Source: Omnitrophica bacterium GWA2_41_15 (lineage in GTDB: Bacteria; Omnitrophota; Gorgyraeia; Ghiorseimicrobiales; Ghiorseimicrobiaceae). From it: 64,000 nt of DNA. Below, in pieces: positions 7,444-17,483 of this stretch (position 1 is the stretch's first letter; each line of letters starts with the position of its first letter). A program made the translations under genes and the position numbers. The DNA lies in contig CAKKQO010000035.1 in the NCBI GenBank assembly GCA_919902105.1, positions 67,547 to 131,546 of the forward strand, in the 5' to 3' direction. The notes under the pieces were generated by a model that was not told the origin of the DNA, did no database searches, and saw only the letters and a list, made by a program, of their open reading frames with translations.

Positions 7444-8206
7444 AAAACTAATAGAGCAAGGCTTTTCCAAGGCCGCAGACGATTATGATAAATATACTTT
7501 TTTGCAGAAAAAGGTTGGCGCAGAACTCATCAGGCTGCTCGACGAGGATAGAAAAGAATACAATTTAATTTTAGATATTGGCACAGGAACGGGGTATTTA
7601 TTGCGGCAGTTATCGCTAAGGTATCCTTGCGCTTTGCTCTTCGGCTTAGACATTTCTTTTCAGATGTTACTGAAGGCAAAGGCCGCCAGAATAAAAGGAC
7701 ATTTAATGCAGGCCGATGCCGAAGAACTTACGTTTAAAAAAGGCAGGTTTGATTTAGCAGTTTCCAATCTGGTTTATCAGTGGTTATCAGACTTGGATAA
7801 GGCTTTTATTCAGGTATGGCAAGTATTAGACAAAAGGGGGAAGTTTTATTTTACTTTCTTTGGACGGGATACGCTTAGCGAATTGAAGGAGTGTCTTAAG
7901 GCAGTAAAAAGTGAGGGCAGTTTTAAAAACCTGCCTTCGGAAGAGCTCGTTTACCGCAAATTAAATGCATCCGGATTTAAAGGTATAGAGATTGTTTCTT
8001 TAAGAGAAGAAGAATTATTCTCTGATTTTTTTAGCCTGCTTAAATGGTTAAAATTATCAGGGGTTAATAGGGCTGGTGTCAGATTCAGAGGCCTGGAGGC
8101 AAAAGGCGTGCTTAACAAAATGGATAAAATATATGCGCATAATTTTAGGCATAATGGTAAAGTCTTTGCCTCGTTTGAAAAAGTTATAGTTAAAGCAGAA
8201 AAATGA
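7433..8206 (+). CDS. bioC: Malonyl-ACP O-methyltransferase
   Basis: 257 aa. Class I SAM motif LDIGTGTGYL; BioC-like N-terminus (FSKAADDYD); position in the bio operon. Confidence 0.8.
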   Translation: MIPKKLIEQGFSKAADDYDKYTFLQKKVGAELIRLLDEDRKEYNLILDIGTGTGYLLRQLSLRYPCALLFGLDISFQMLLKAKAARIKGHLMQADAEELTFKKGRFDLAVSNLVYQWLSDLDKAFIQVWQVLDKRGKFYFTFFGRDTLSELKECLKAVKSEGSFKNLPSEELVYRKLNASGFKGIEIVSLREEELFSDFFSLLKWLKLSGVNRAGVRFRGLEAKGVLNKMDKIYAHNFRHNGKVFASFEKVIVKAEK

Positions 8207-8868
8207 AAAAAGGCATTTTTGTAACTGGTACAGATACGGGTATTGGTAAGACCGTGGCCGCTTGCTGTATTTTAGGGGCTCTTAGGTTAAAAGGAGTTGA
8301 TTGCGGCGTGATGAAGCCTGTTCAATGCGGCGGCGATGATAGCCGCAGGCTTATGCGCGCAGCTGGCGTCAACGATCCAATGGAGCTGATAAATCCTTTT
8401 TATTCGAAGTATCCCTATGCCCCTCTTACGGCATTTAAAAAAGAAAAGATAAGGTTTAATAAAAATAAAATCATTGCGGCCTTGCGACGATTATCCCAAA
8501 GGCATCAATTTATGGTGGTGGAGGGAGCGGGAGGCTTACTTGCCCCTATAACAGAAAATTATTTTATCAGCGATTTGGTTTTAGACTTAGGGCTGGCGCT
8601 GGTAATTACGGCCTCTTCTGGCTTAGGCACGATAAATCATACGCTGCTTAGTGTTGAGTATGCTAGAGCCAGAAAGATAAAAATAGCAGGAATTATTTTT
8701 AATAATCTATCTAAAGATAAATCTATATCAGAGAAGACAAACCCAAAGATTATCCAGAAAATTTGCGGCTTAGCGGTATTGGGCGTTATTCCGTATCTAA
8801 GCGATGCGGCAAGAGAAAACAAATTTTGCGGCGTAAAAATAGATATAGATAAGATCCTCAATGGCTAA
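8203..8868 (+). CDS. bioD: Dethiobiotin synthetase
   Basis: 221 aa. P-loop GTDTGIGKT and EGAGG motifs. ATGA overlap with bioC. Confidence 0.9.
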   Translation: MKKGIFVTGTDTGIGKTVAACCILGALRLKGVDCGVMKPVQCGGDDSRRLMRAAGVNDPMELINPFYSKYPYAPLTAFKKEKIRFNKNKIIAALRRLSQRHQFMVVEGAGGLLAPITENYFISDLVLDLGLALVITASSGLGTINHTLLSVEYARARKIKIAGIIFNNLSKDKSISEKTNPKIIQKICGLAVLGVIPYLSDAARENKFCGVKIDIDKILNG

Positions 8869-10147
8869 AAATTTAGAACGATTAGACAAGGAATATAGCT
8901 GGCATCCCTTTACCCAGATGCAGGACTGGTTAAAAGAAGAACCCTTGATTATCTCAGAAGCCAAAGGTTCTTATTTAAAGGATATTAGAGGCAGGTGGTA
9001 TTTAGACGGTATATCTTCTTTGTGGGTCAACGTGCACGGCCATCGAAAAAAAGAGATTGATAGCGCGATAAATAAACAGTTAGGGAAGGTGGCGCATTCT
9101 ACATTTCTGGGGTTAACCCATCAGCCGGCGATTGAACTCTCAGAAAAATTGATTAAAATTGCCCCTCAAGGATTAAAGAAGGTATTCTATTCGGATAACG
9201 GCTCAACCAGCGTTGAGATAGCGCTAAAGATGTGCTTTCAATATTGGCAGCAAAAGGGCCAAAGTAAAAAAACCAAGTTTATCTATTTTAAAAATTCTTA
9301 TCACGGAGACACCATCGGTTCAGTCAGCGTCGGGGGGATAGATTTATTCCATAGGTTATACCGCCCTCTGCTTTTTAAGGCATATTGTTTACCATTTTCT
9401 ATAAAGCGCCTAAAAGAGGTGATACAAAAATATAATTCTCAGGTTGCCGGTTTAATTATCGAGCCGCTGATTCAGGGGGCGGGCGGTATGTTATTTGCGC
9501 CTAAAGGGTTTTTAAGTAAAGCGCGCGATTTATGTTTGCGCTATAAAATATTATTTATTGCTGATGAGGTAGCTACGGGTTTTGGCAGGACCGGCAAGAT
9601 GTTTGCCTGTGAACATGAAAAGGTAAATCCGGATATAATGTGTTTAGGTAAAGGAATTACCGGAGGTTATCTTCCTTTAGCCGCCACTTTAACTACGAAT
9701 GAAATTTATTCTGCCTTTTTAGGCGAATATAAAGATAAAAAAACTTTTTTTCATGGCCATAGTTATACTGCTAATCCTCTATCCTGCGCTGCCGCAATAG
9801 CTAATCTTAAGTTGTTTAAAAAAGAAAAAACTTTGGAAAAGTTACAGCCCAAGATAAGATTCCTTAAAGCAAGCCTTGAAAGTTTTAAAAAGCTAAAACA
9901 GGTAGGCGATGTAAGACAATTAGGTTTTATGGCAGGAATTGAGCTGATAAAAGATAAAGCCAAAAACCAGCCTTATCTCTGGGAAGAAAAAATCGGTATC
10001 CGCGTAATAAAAGAGGCAAGGAAAAGAGGGGTGATTTTGCGGCCGTTAGGCAATGTAATCGTGCTTATGCCGCCTCTATCTATAACTATTAACGAGTTAA
10101 GAAAACTACTTAAAATTACATACCAGTCAATTTCTGAAGTAACCTAA
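8861..10147 (+). CDS. bioA: Adenosylmethionine-8-amino-7-oxononanoate aminotransferase
   Basis: 428 aa. Class III aminotransferase motifs DEVATGFGRTGKMFA and LGKGITGGYLPL. Confidence 0.9.
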   Translation: MAKNLERLDKEYSWHPFTQMQDWLKEEPLIISEAKGSYLKDIRGRWYLDGISSLWVNVHGHRKKEIDSAINKQLGKVAHSTFLGLTHQPAIELSEKLIKIAPQGLKKVFYSDNGSTSVEIALKMCFQYWQQKGQSKKTKFIYFKNSYHGDTIGSVSVGGIDLFHRLYRPLLFKAYCLPFSIKRLKEVIQKYNSQVAGLIIEPLIQGAGGMLFAPKGFLSKARDLCLRYKILFIADEVATGFGRTGKMFACEHEKVNPDIMCLGKGITGGYLPLAATLTTNEIYSAFLGEYKDKKTFFHGHSYTANPLSCAAAIANLKLFKKEKTLEKLQPKIRFLKASLESFKKLKQVGDVRQLGFMAGIELIKDKAKNQPYLWEEKIGIRVIKEARKRGVILRPLGNVIVLMPPLSITINELRKLLKITYQSISEVT

Positions 10148-10171
10148 TGGTTTTTTACTGGAGTAATTTAC

Positions 10172-10200
10172 TTGCTATTTTGGATAAATTTTGATAATAT
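10172..10200 (+). promoter_or_regulatory. Candidate sigma70-type promoter for ugd
   Basis: TTGCTA (10172-10177), 17-nt spacer, TAATAT (10195-10200). A GAGGGAGGG Shine-Dalgarno precedes the ATG at 10227. Confidence 0.5.
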
Positions 10201-10226
10201 TAAATCTTCAACTTTGAGGGAGGGTT

Positions 10227-11528
10227 ATGGATATTGCAGTTATAGGCACAGGATATGTAGGTTTAGTTACTGGGGCATGTTTTTCTGAATTGGGCAATAA
10301 GGTTATCTGTGTTGATAATAATAAGAAAAAAATAGATAGCCTTAGAAACCTCATTATGCCTATCTATGAGCCGGGCTTAGAAGATTTAGTCAGAAGAAAC
10401 GTCAAAGAAAAAAGGCTAAGTTTTTCAACCAGCATAAAACAGGCAGTTAGCGGCTCTGAAGTTATTTTTATTTGTGTAAGTACGCCCCCTAAAGAAAACG
10501 GCGAGGCAGATTTAACCTTTGTGGAAAATGTAGCCCGCGAAATTGCGCTTTGTATGTCAACTTATCGCCTGATAGTGGATAAGTCTACAGTGCCGGTGGA
10601 AACAGGAAAATGGGTTGAGCATACGGTAAGAATAAATTTAAAAGCTAAGAGAGATATAAAATTTGATGTCGCCTCGAGCCCGGAATTTTTAAGGGAGGGC
10701 AGCGCAATCCATGATTTTATGCATCCAGACAGGATCGTTATCGGCGTAGAAACGAAATCTGCAAAGGATATACTAAGCAAACTCTATAAGCCGCTTAACG
10801 CTCCTTTGGTGGTTACGGATATAAAGAGCGCGGAATTGATAAAGCATGCCTCCAACTCATACTTAGCCACAAAGATTTCTTTTATTAATGCTCTCAGCCG
10901 CCTCTGTGAGAAAGTCGGCGCGGATATCGCTAAAGTTGCAGAAGGTATGGGGCTGGATAAACGCATCGGCAGAAGTTTTCTCGATGCCGGGATTGGTTAC
11001 GGCGGCAGCTGTTTTCCTAAGGATGTATCAGCATTTATCAAGATTGCCGAAAGAAACGGCTGTGATTTATCTATATTAAGAGAAACAGAGCGTATCAATA
11101 GAGAACAGAAAGGCTTATTTATAAAAAAGATCGAAGATTCTCTTTGGATAATAAAAGATAAAGTTATCGGGGTGCTGGGGCTTTCTTTTAAGCCGGGCAC
11201 CGATGACTTAAGAAACGCCCCTGCTTTAGAGATAGTGAATGCGTTAATTTCCGAAGGCGCACAGATTAAGGTATTTGACCCTCAGGCGATGGAAAAGGCA
11301 AAAGAATTTTTTGGCAGCAAGGTTAAATTTTGTAAGAATGTTTATGAGGCAGCCGCAGGCTGTGATTGTTTAGTTATTGCTACTGAATGGGATGAGTTTA
11401 AAGAAATGGATTTGGCACGGATTAAAAAATTGATGAAGCAGCCTTTAATTATTGACGGCAGGAACATTTTTGAGCCGCAGGAGATGAAAAAGATGGGGAT
11501 TAAATACTTATCCATAGGAAGGAATTAG
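10227..11528 (+). CDS. ugd: UDP-glucose 6-dehydrogenase
   Basis: 433 aa. N-terminal IAVIGTGYVGLVTG and catalytic GGSCFPKD motif. Confidence 0.9.
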   Translation: MDIAVIGTGYVGLVTGACFSELGNKVICVDNNKKKIDSLRNLIMPIYEPGLEDLVRRNVKEKRLSFSTSIKQAVSGSEVIFICVSTPPKENGEADLTFVENVAREIALCMSTYRLIVDKSTVPVETGKWVEHTVRINLKAKRDIKFDVASSPEFLREGSAIHDFMHPDRIVIGVETKSAKDILSKLYKPLNAPLVVTDIKSAELIKHASNSYLATKISFINALSRLCEKVGADIAKVAEGMGLDKRIGRSFLDAGIGYGGSCFPKDVSAFIKIAERNGCDLSILRETERINREQKGLFIKKIEDSLWIIKDKVIGVLGLSFKPGTDDLRNAPALEIVNALISEGAQIKVFDPQAMEKAKEFFGSKVKFCKNVYEAAAGCDCLVIATEWDEFKEMDLARIKKLMKQPLIIDGRNIFEPQEMKKMGIKYLSIGRN

Positions 11529-11575
11529 ACCCATCCTCTTAAGGGTATTAGGATGGTCTATCCTTGTAGGATTAG

Positions 11576-12880
11576 ATGAGCTATAGGCAGTTAAAAGCTA
11601 AATTTAGCGAAAAGCGCGCAAAAATCTGCGTTATCGGTTTAGGCTATGTCGGCCTTCCTTTGGCGGTTGAGTTTGCCAAAGGCGGGTTTTATGTTACGGG
11701 TATAGATACTGATACAGGCAGGGTAAGGAATGTAAGGGAGTCTATACCATATATTCTTGATGTCCCAATTAAAGAAATTACCGCGGTTGTAAAATCAGGC
11801 CGGCTTTATCCAACAAACAGCTTTGAGGCACTTAAGACGGCAGATGCCGTGATTATTTGCGTGCCTACCCCGCTTAAGCGGCGTAACCAGCCGAACATAT
11901 CCTATATTGTCAGCGCGGTAAAAGAGATTGCTAAATATTTGCATAAAGACGAACTGATTGTGCTGGAAAGCACCACTTATCCCGGTACAACCGATGAGGT
12001 GATTTTGCCGACCTTGGAAAAAAGCGGCCTATCTGCTGGCCGCGATTTTTATCTGGCTTTTTCACCGGAGAGGATTGACCCCGGGAATGAAAAATACCCG
12101 TTTAAGAAAATTCCCAAAGTCGTCGGCGGCATTACCAAAGAAGCCACAGATTTAGTAAAAACACTTTATGAAAAAGTAATAGTCCGAGTGGTGCCGGTTT
12201 CTTCAGCGCGCGTAGCGGAGACAGTCAAACTTCTTGAGAATACCTTCCGCCTGATTAACATCGGTTTAGTTAACGAATTGGCAATGATGGCGCATAAGAT
12301 GGGTATCGATATCTGGGAAGTTATAACTGCCGCCGCTACCAAGCCCTTTGGCTTTATGCCGTTTTATCCCGGCCCCGGGGTGGGCGGCCACTGCATCCCA
12401 AAAGATCCATTATACCTTTACTGGAAGGCAAAGCATCACGGTTTTACTTCAAAATTTATAAAGCTGGCATCACAAATAAATTCAAGAATGCCCGAATATG
12501 TTGTCACACGAGCAAAAGAGATACTATCAAGACGCAGCCTATCTTTTGCTAAATCGCATATACTGGTTTTAGGCGCAACCTATAAAAAAGACGTAAAAGA
12601 CCTGCGCAAGTCGCCTGCCCTAGAGATAATTGACTTATTATTAAGAGAAGTAAAGAGAGTTTCTTATTCAGACCCTCTCATCCCTTATCTGAAATTTAAT
12701 TCTATTGATTTAAGATCAAAACCTATCAATCAGGCAACATTGGCAGACTCTGACTGCGTAGTCCTTGCCACTGACCATTCTGAATTTAACTATGATTTGA
12801 TTAGAAAATATGCTACAGTTATTTTGGATACGCGTAATATATACAAGGGCGTAAGCGATGATAAAATTTTCAGGTTATAA
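11576..12880 (+). CDS. UDP-N-acetyl-hexosamine 6-dehydrogenase (WbpA/WecC/Cap5O family)
   Basis: 434 aa. VIGLGYVGLPLA and GGHCIPKDP motifs; nucleotide-sugar dehydrogenase family with a WbpA/WecC-like N-terminus. Confidence 0.8.
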   Translation: MSYRQLKAKFSEKRAKICVIGLGYVGLPLAVEFAKGGFYVTGIDTDTGRVRNVRESIPYILDVPIKEITAVVKSGRLYPTNSFEALKTADAVIICVPTPLKRRNQPNISYIVSAVKEIAKYLHKDELIVLESTTYPGTTDEVILPTLEKSGLSAGRDFYLAFSPERIDPGNEKYPFKKIPKVVGGITKEATDLVKTLYEKVIVRVVPVSSARVAETVKLLENTFRLINIGLVNELAMMAHKMGIDIWEVITAAATKPFGFMPFYPGPGVGGHCIPKDPLYLYWKAKHHGFTSKFIKLASQINSRMPEYVVTRAKEILSRRSLSFAKSHILVLGATYKKDVKDLRKSPALEIIDLLLREVKRVSYSDPLIPYLKFNSIDLRSKPINQATLADSDCVVLATDHSEFNYDLIRKYATVILDTRNIYKGVSDDKIFRL

Positions 12881-12889
12881 AAAAGTTGT

Positions 12890-13006
12890 ACCGACAGCAA
12901 AGCGCGGCGTAGATTTCTTGCGAAATCTACTTGCAGCTGTTGGTATCAATTCCGGCTGATAACTTATGTCGCCTCTGGCTCCATAAGTTATGCCGTCATT
13001 GAGGAG
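12890..13006 (+). repeat. Bipartite hairpin cassette, copy 2 (hairpin1 - ATCAATTC - hairpin2 - TCATTGAGGAG, then 8 nt and ATG)
   Basis: Hairpin 1 spans 12890-12944 (accgacagc/gctgttggt plus gtagatttc/gaaatctac). Hairpin 2 spans 12953-12995 (cggctgataacttatg/cataagttatgccg). Linkers and SD-to-ATG spacing match 2169-2287, but the stems differ in sequence. Confidence 0.55.
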
Positions 13007-13014
13007 AGTTTATT

Positions 13015-13968
13015 ATGCATAAATTTTTAGTTACCGGAGGAGCGGGTTTTATCGGTTCGCATATAGTAGAGCGGCTGCTTAAGGATGAGCACTCGGTATG
13101 TGTTTTAGATAATTTTTCTTCAGGTAAAGAAGAAAATTTATCGTTTATTGGGACTAATCCGCTCTACGCTAAACGCTATACGCTAATAAAAGGTGACATT
13201 TGCAATTATGATGATTGTTTAAAAGCCGCCCGCGGCATGGATTATTGCCTGCACCAGGCGGCGTTACGTTCAGTACCTAAGTCTTTGTTAAACCCGTATG
13301 ATTATAATCGAGTCAATATTGACGGCATCTTAAATATGCTAAGAGCATCTCATGAGGTAGGCGTAAAGCGCTTTGTTTTTGCCTCATCCAGTTCTGTTTA
13401 TGGGGATACAGATGTATTTCCGCAAAAGGAAGAGCATCTGCCGCGGCTTATTTCGCCCTATGCTCTTACCAAATTGGCCGGTGAATATTACTGCCGGATT
13501 TTTTCTATGAATTATGGCTTAGAGACGGTTAGTTTACGTTATTTTAACGTCTTTGGCCCAAGGCAGGCGTTGGATGATGAATACGCGGTGGTTATTCCGA
13601 GGTTTATTACGAATATGCTGAAAGATATGCCTGCGCCCGTGCATGGCGATGGCAGGCAGTCGCGAGATTTTACCTATATTGATAATGTCGTAGAAGCGAA
13701 TATCTTAGCCGCTCTTGCCCCAGATGTTAAGTGTGAAGTTTTTAATGTGGCTATTGGCAGGGATAATTCGATACTGGAATTGGTGAATACGTTAAATAAA
13801 ATTATGGGGAAAGAAATTAAACCGGTATTTGAGCCTGCGCGGATAGGAGATGTGAGGCGGACTTTAGCGGATATTCGGCGCATAAAGAAGGCGATAAATT
13901 ATAGGCCCAGAGTAGATTTTGAAGAGGGGTTACGACGCACGGTAGATTGGTTTAAAATAAAAACATAA
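13015..13968 (+). CDS. NAD-dependent nucleotide-sugar 4-epimerase (WbpP/TviC-like SDR)
   Basis: 317 aa. [10 protein letters not shown] Rossmann motif, YxxxK (YALTKLAGE), extended-SDR layout. Confidence 0.75.
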   Translation: MHKFLVTGGAGFIGSHIVERLLKDEHSVCVLDNFSSGKEENLSFIGTNPLYAKRYTLIKGDICNYDDCLKAARGMDYCLHQAALRSVPKSLLNPYDYNRVNIDGILNMLRASHEVGVKRFVFASSSSVYGDTDVFPQKEEHLPRLISPYALTKLAGEYYCRIFSMNYGLETVSLRYFNVFGPRQALDDEYAVVIPRFITNMLKDMPAPVHGDGRQSRDFTYIDNVVEANILAALAPDVKCEVFNVAIGRDNSILELVNTLNKIMGKEIKPVFEPARIGDVRRTLADIRRIKKAINYRPRVDFEEGLRRTVDWFKIKT

Positions 13969-13995
13969 CTTTATAAATCACATATAGTTATATAA

Positions 13996-14030
13996 AAACA
14001 GCCCAGACTAAATCTGGGCTGTTTTCGTTA
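13996..14030 (+). terminator. Rho-independent terminator
   Basis: aacagcccaga / tctgggctgtt 11-bp stem with a 5-nt loop, followed by a T-run (gttttcgtt). Confidence 0.7.
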
Positions 14031-14053
14031 TAGGGAGGGCTGGCAAAAATTTC

Positions 14054-14081
14054 TTGACTTTGTTCTGAAATATGGTAACAT
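14054..14081 (+). promoter_or_regulatory. Candidate sigma70-type promoter heading the glycan cluster
   Basis: TTGACT (14054-14059), 16-nt spacer, extended -10 TGgTAACAT (14073-14081). Lies immediately after the terminator and before the 14110 ORF. Confidence 0.5.
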
Positions 14082-14109
14082 TTTACTTGTTGTTTATGGG
14101 GGGATAATT

Positions 14110-14349
14110 ATGGGGAATAATCATTTAACTTCACGCCAGGCGCAGACTTATGAATTTTTGAAGGCATATTTTGTCCAGAATAGGCGTGCTCCCTACCTTA
14201 GGGAAATTCAGGAAGGTTGCCAGATTAGGTCCCATAAATCAGTAATTGATAAATTAGTCGCCTTGGAGAGAAAGGGTTATATCAGGCGAAAGATAAACAA
14301 ACACAGGAGCATTAGGTTATTATCGCCTCGAGACAAAATAAACGTATGA
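14110..14349 (+). CDS. Stand-alone LexA-type winged-helix DNA-binding domain protein (no S24 peptidase domain)
   Basis: 79 aa. [32 protein letters not shown]...[20 protein letters not shown] matches the LexA N-terminal domain pattern (LTxRQ...PSxREI...LxxLExKGxI). ATGA overlap with the next gene. Confidence 0.6.
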   Translation: MGNNHLTSRQAQTYEFLKAYFVQNRRAPYLREIQEGCQIRSHKSVIDKLVALERKGYIRRKINKHRSIRLLSPRDKINV

Positions 14350-15278
14350 TTAAGAAAACAGCTTTAGTAACCGGCGGTGCAGGCTTTATCGGTTCACATC
14401 TATGCGGCCGGCTGATAGGGGATGGTTTTAAGGTAATTTGTATGGATAATCTCCTTACCGGCAGGCTATCCAATATAAAGCATTTATTTAAAGACAAAAA
14501 TTTTAAGTTTATTAAACATAATGTTTGCCAATACATAAATCTTCGCCAAAAGATTGATTATATCCTGCATTTTGCTTCGCCTGCCAGCCCTGCTGATTAT
14601 CTGAATTATCCCATCCAAACGTTAAAAGTTGGTTCCTTGGGTACGCACAACGCCTTAGGTTTAGCCAAACAAAAAAAAGCAGTTTTCCTTTTGGCATCTA
14701 CTTCGGAAGTTTACGGCGATCCTCTAGTGCATCCTCAGCCTGAAAGCTATTGGGGCAATGTAAACCCGGTGGGCCCGCGGGGGGTGTACGACGAAAGCAA
14801 GCGCTTTGCCGAAGCGATTACCTTGGCTTATCACCGCACTCATAAAATTGATACCAAGATTGCAAGGATATTCAACACCTACGGTCCACAAATGAGAAAC
14901 AATGATGGCCGCGCCATCCCCAATTTTATCTCTCAAGCATTAGCTAACCGCGATATCACTGTTTACGGCAAGGGAACCCAGACGCGCAGTTTTTGTTACA
15001 TCGATGATTTAGTGGAAGGTATAGTCAGATTGATGTTATCAAAAGTTAATGAGCCGGTTAATTTGGGAAACCCTGATGAATATACAGTACTAAGTCTGGC
15101 GAAAAAGATTATAACATTAACTAAAAGCAAGAGTAGGATAATTTTTAAGCCCCTGCCGCAGGATGACCCTAAAGTCCGATGCCCGGATATATCGAAGGCA
15201 AGAAGAATATTAAAATGGCAGCCTAAGGTTGGGCTTGATGAGGGACTGAGGCGAACTATAGAATATTTTGAGGAGTAA
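14346..15278 (+). CDS. UDP-glucuronate decarboxylase (UDP-xylose synthase, UXS family)
   Basis: 310 aa. [10 protein letters not shown] and [37 protein letters not shown] are highly UXS-like. Confidence 0.85.
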   Translation: MIKKTALVTGGAGFIGSHLCGRLIGDGFKVICMDNLLTGRLSNIKHLFKDKNFKFIKHNVCQYINLRQKIDYILHFASPASPADYLNYPIQTLKVGSLGTHNALGLAKQKKAVFLLASTSEVYGDPLVHPQPESYWGNVNPVGPRGVYDESKRFAEAITLAYHRTHKIDTKIARIFNTYGPQMRNNDGRAIPNFISQALANRDITVYGKGTQTRSFCYIDDLVEGIVRLMLSKVNEPVNLGNPDEYTVLSLAKKIITLTKSKSRIIFKPLPQDDPKVRCPDISKARRILKWQPKVGLDEGLRRTIEYFEE

Positions 15279-15283
15279 TTAAA

Positions 15284-16405
15284 ATGCATGTGCCCTTGCT
15301 AGATTTAAAAAAACAATATCAAAGCATCAAACCAGAAATTGATAAAGCAATTCAGGATGTTTTAGACAGCGGTTCCTTTATCTTAGGAGAAAACGTCCGT
15401 CTTTTGGAAGAAGAGATAGCGGCATTCACCGGGGTAAAACTCGCCGTTGGCGTCGCCTCAGGCACTGACGCTCTGGAGTTGTCTCTTATGGCGCTTGGCA
15501 TAGGGCAGGGCGATGAGGTAATTACTACGCCTTTTACCTTTATCGCAACTGCTGAGGCAATTTGCGCTGTAGGCGCAAAGCCAGTTTTTTGCGATATTAA
15601 ATTAGACGACTATAATATAGACCCAAAAGAGGTGCGGAAAAAGATTAGTAAAAAAACCAAAGCGATTATTCCCGTGCATTTATACGGGCATCCTTGCCGT
15701 ATGGATGAACTGTTGGAAATTGCCAAGGAATACAATTTGAAAGTAATTGAAGACTGCGCTCAGGCAATCGGCAGCGAATACAAGGGGAAAAAAGTCGGCT
15801 CTTTCGGAGACTGCGGGGCTTTTAGCTTTTTCCCGAGCAAGAACTTAGGCGCTTATGGCGATGGCGGAATAGCCGTAACAAGCAATAAAGAATTAGCGGA
15901 TAAGATGCGGATATTAAGAGTGCATGGGGCAGTTGATAAATATCATCATTCTTTTAAAGGACGCAACAGCCGCCTTGATGAACTGCAGGCCGCGATACTG
16001 CGGGTTAAGCTGAAATATTTAGACAAATGGAATGAGGCAAGGCGTAAAAATGCCGCGATTTACAACAAATTATTTTTAAAAACCGGGCTGGAAAAGAAAT
16101 TAGTTTTACCTAAAGAACTGCCTGATTGTAAGCATACCTACCATGTGTATGCGGTGAGGTCTAAAAAAAGAGATAAACTACAAGAATTTTTAAAAACGCA
16201 GGGTGTTGCCACACTTATGCATTATCCGATTCCCATACACATAGAAGAAGTTTATAAATATTTAGGATATAAGAAAGGCGATTTTCCGAATGCAGAACTT
16301 GTAGCTTCAACCATTATTTCTCTTCCGATGTACCCCGAGTTAAAAGAAGAGGAGATTGAATACGTGGTTGAGGCGATAAAAAGATTTTATAACTCAATTT
16401 CTTAA
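15284..16405 (+). CDS. DegT/DnrJ/EryC1/StrS-family sugar aminotransferase (WbpE-like)
   Basis: 373 aa. GENVRLLEEE, ASGTDALELSL and FSFFPSKNLGAYGDGG (PLP lysine) motifs. Confidence 0.85.
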   Translation: MHVPLLDLKKQYQSIKPEIDKAIQDVLDSGSFILGENVRLLEEEIAAFTGVKLAVGVASGTDALELSLMALGIGQGDEVITTPFTFIATAEAICAVGAKPVFCDIKLDDYNIDPKEVRKKISKKTKAIIPVHLYGHPCRMDELLEIAKEYNLKVIEDCAQAIGSEYKGKKVGSFGDCGAFSFFPSKNLGAYGDGGIAVTSNKELADKMRILRVHGAVDKYHHSFKGRNSRLDELQAAILRVKLKYLDKWNEARRKNAAIYNKLFLKTGLEKKLVLPKELPDCKHTYHVYAVRSKKRDKLQEFLKTQGVATLMHYPIPIHIEEVYKYLGYKKGDFPNAELVASTIISLPMYPELKEEEIEYVVEAIKRFYNSIS

Positions 16406-16460
16406 CTGGAGAATTTATAGCGGGCTTAAATGGACAATAGCGAATAAAGGAGCAACTTTA

Positions 16461-17483
16461 ATGATAAAGGTTGCCGTAATCGGTTGCGGTTATTGGGGGC
16501 CTAATTTAATTAGGAACCTTTTCGAAATAAAAGAGGCCGAGGTTTCATACTGCTGTGATTTGCAGGCGTCTCAGTTGCAGTCTGCCAAGGATAGGTATCC
16601 GACATTAAAGATCACAAAAGATTATAAAGATATATTGAGAGACGCTGACATTGACGCGGTTGTCATTGCCACGCCGGCAGATACTCATTATGGAATTGCT
16701 AAGGAATTTTTATTGGCGGGTAAGCATGTCATGGTCGAGAAGCCCCTCACATTCGATCTTGGGCAAGCAGAAGAATTAGTTGATATCTCTAAAAAAGCCG
16801 GGAAAATTCTTATGGTTGGCCACACATTCGAATATAATCCGGCGGTTATTAAGGCAAGGGAATACATAGAAAAGGGGGAGTTGGGGAAAGTTTACTATCT
16901 AGCTTCGAGAAGAGTGAATTTAGGGATTGTCAGGAGCGATATCAACGCCTTATGGAATCTGGCTCCGCATGATATCTCCATATTGATTTATCTTATAGGG
17001 TCAATGCCGGAAGTCGTTAAAGCCTGGGGCTCGGCATTTATTCAGGATGATATAGAAGATGTCGTTTTTTTATATTTGCATTTTCCCGGAAACATTACAG
17101 CGCATGTTCAAGTAAGCTGGCTGGATCCTAATAAAATTAGAGAGACAGTTATTGTTGGAAGTAAAAAAATGATTGTTTATGATGACATAGATAATGACGG
17201 AAAGATAAAAATTTATGATAAAGGGGTTGATAAAATAGAATATAATAATTTTCAAAGCCCGGTGTATGCGGATTATCAATTAAGATTGCGGACAGGCGAC
17301 CTTCTAATTCCCAAAATAGATTCTTATGAACCATTGAAGAAAGAGTGTCAGCATTTTATAGACTGCATAAGGCAAAATAAGATTCCCTTAACAGATGGAG
17401 AGAATGGGTTAAGAGTAGTAAAGGTATTAGCCGCTGCTCAAAAATCCCTTAAAAATAACGGTACTATTGTGCATATAAAATGA
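16461..17483 (+). CDS. Gfo/Idh/MocA-family NAD-dependent sugar oxidoreductase (WbpB-like)
   Basis: 340 aa. N-terminal VAVIGCGYWGPN Rossmann motif and the EKP motif (MVEKPL). Confidence 0.75.
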   Translation: MIKVAVIGCGYWGPNLIRNLFEIKEAEVSYCCDLQASQLQSAKDRYPTLKITKDYKDILRDADIDAVVIATPADTHYGIAKEFLLAGKHVMVEKPLTFDLGQAEELVDISKKAGKILMVGHTFEYNPAVIKAREYIEKGELGKVYYLASRRVNLGIVRSDINALWNLAPHDISILIYLIGSMPEVVKAWGSAFIQDDIEDVVFLYLHFPGNITAHVQVSWLDPNKIRETVIVGSKKMIVYDDIDNDGKIKIYDKGVDKIEYNNFQSPVYADYQLRLRTGDLLIPKIDSYEPLKKECQHFIDCIRQNKIPLTDGENGLRVVKVLAAAQKSLKNNGTIVHIK

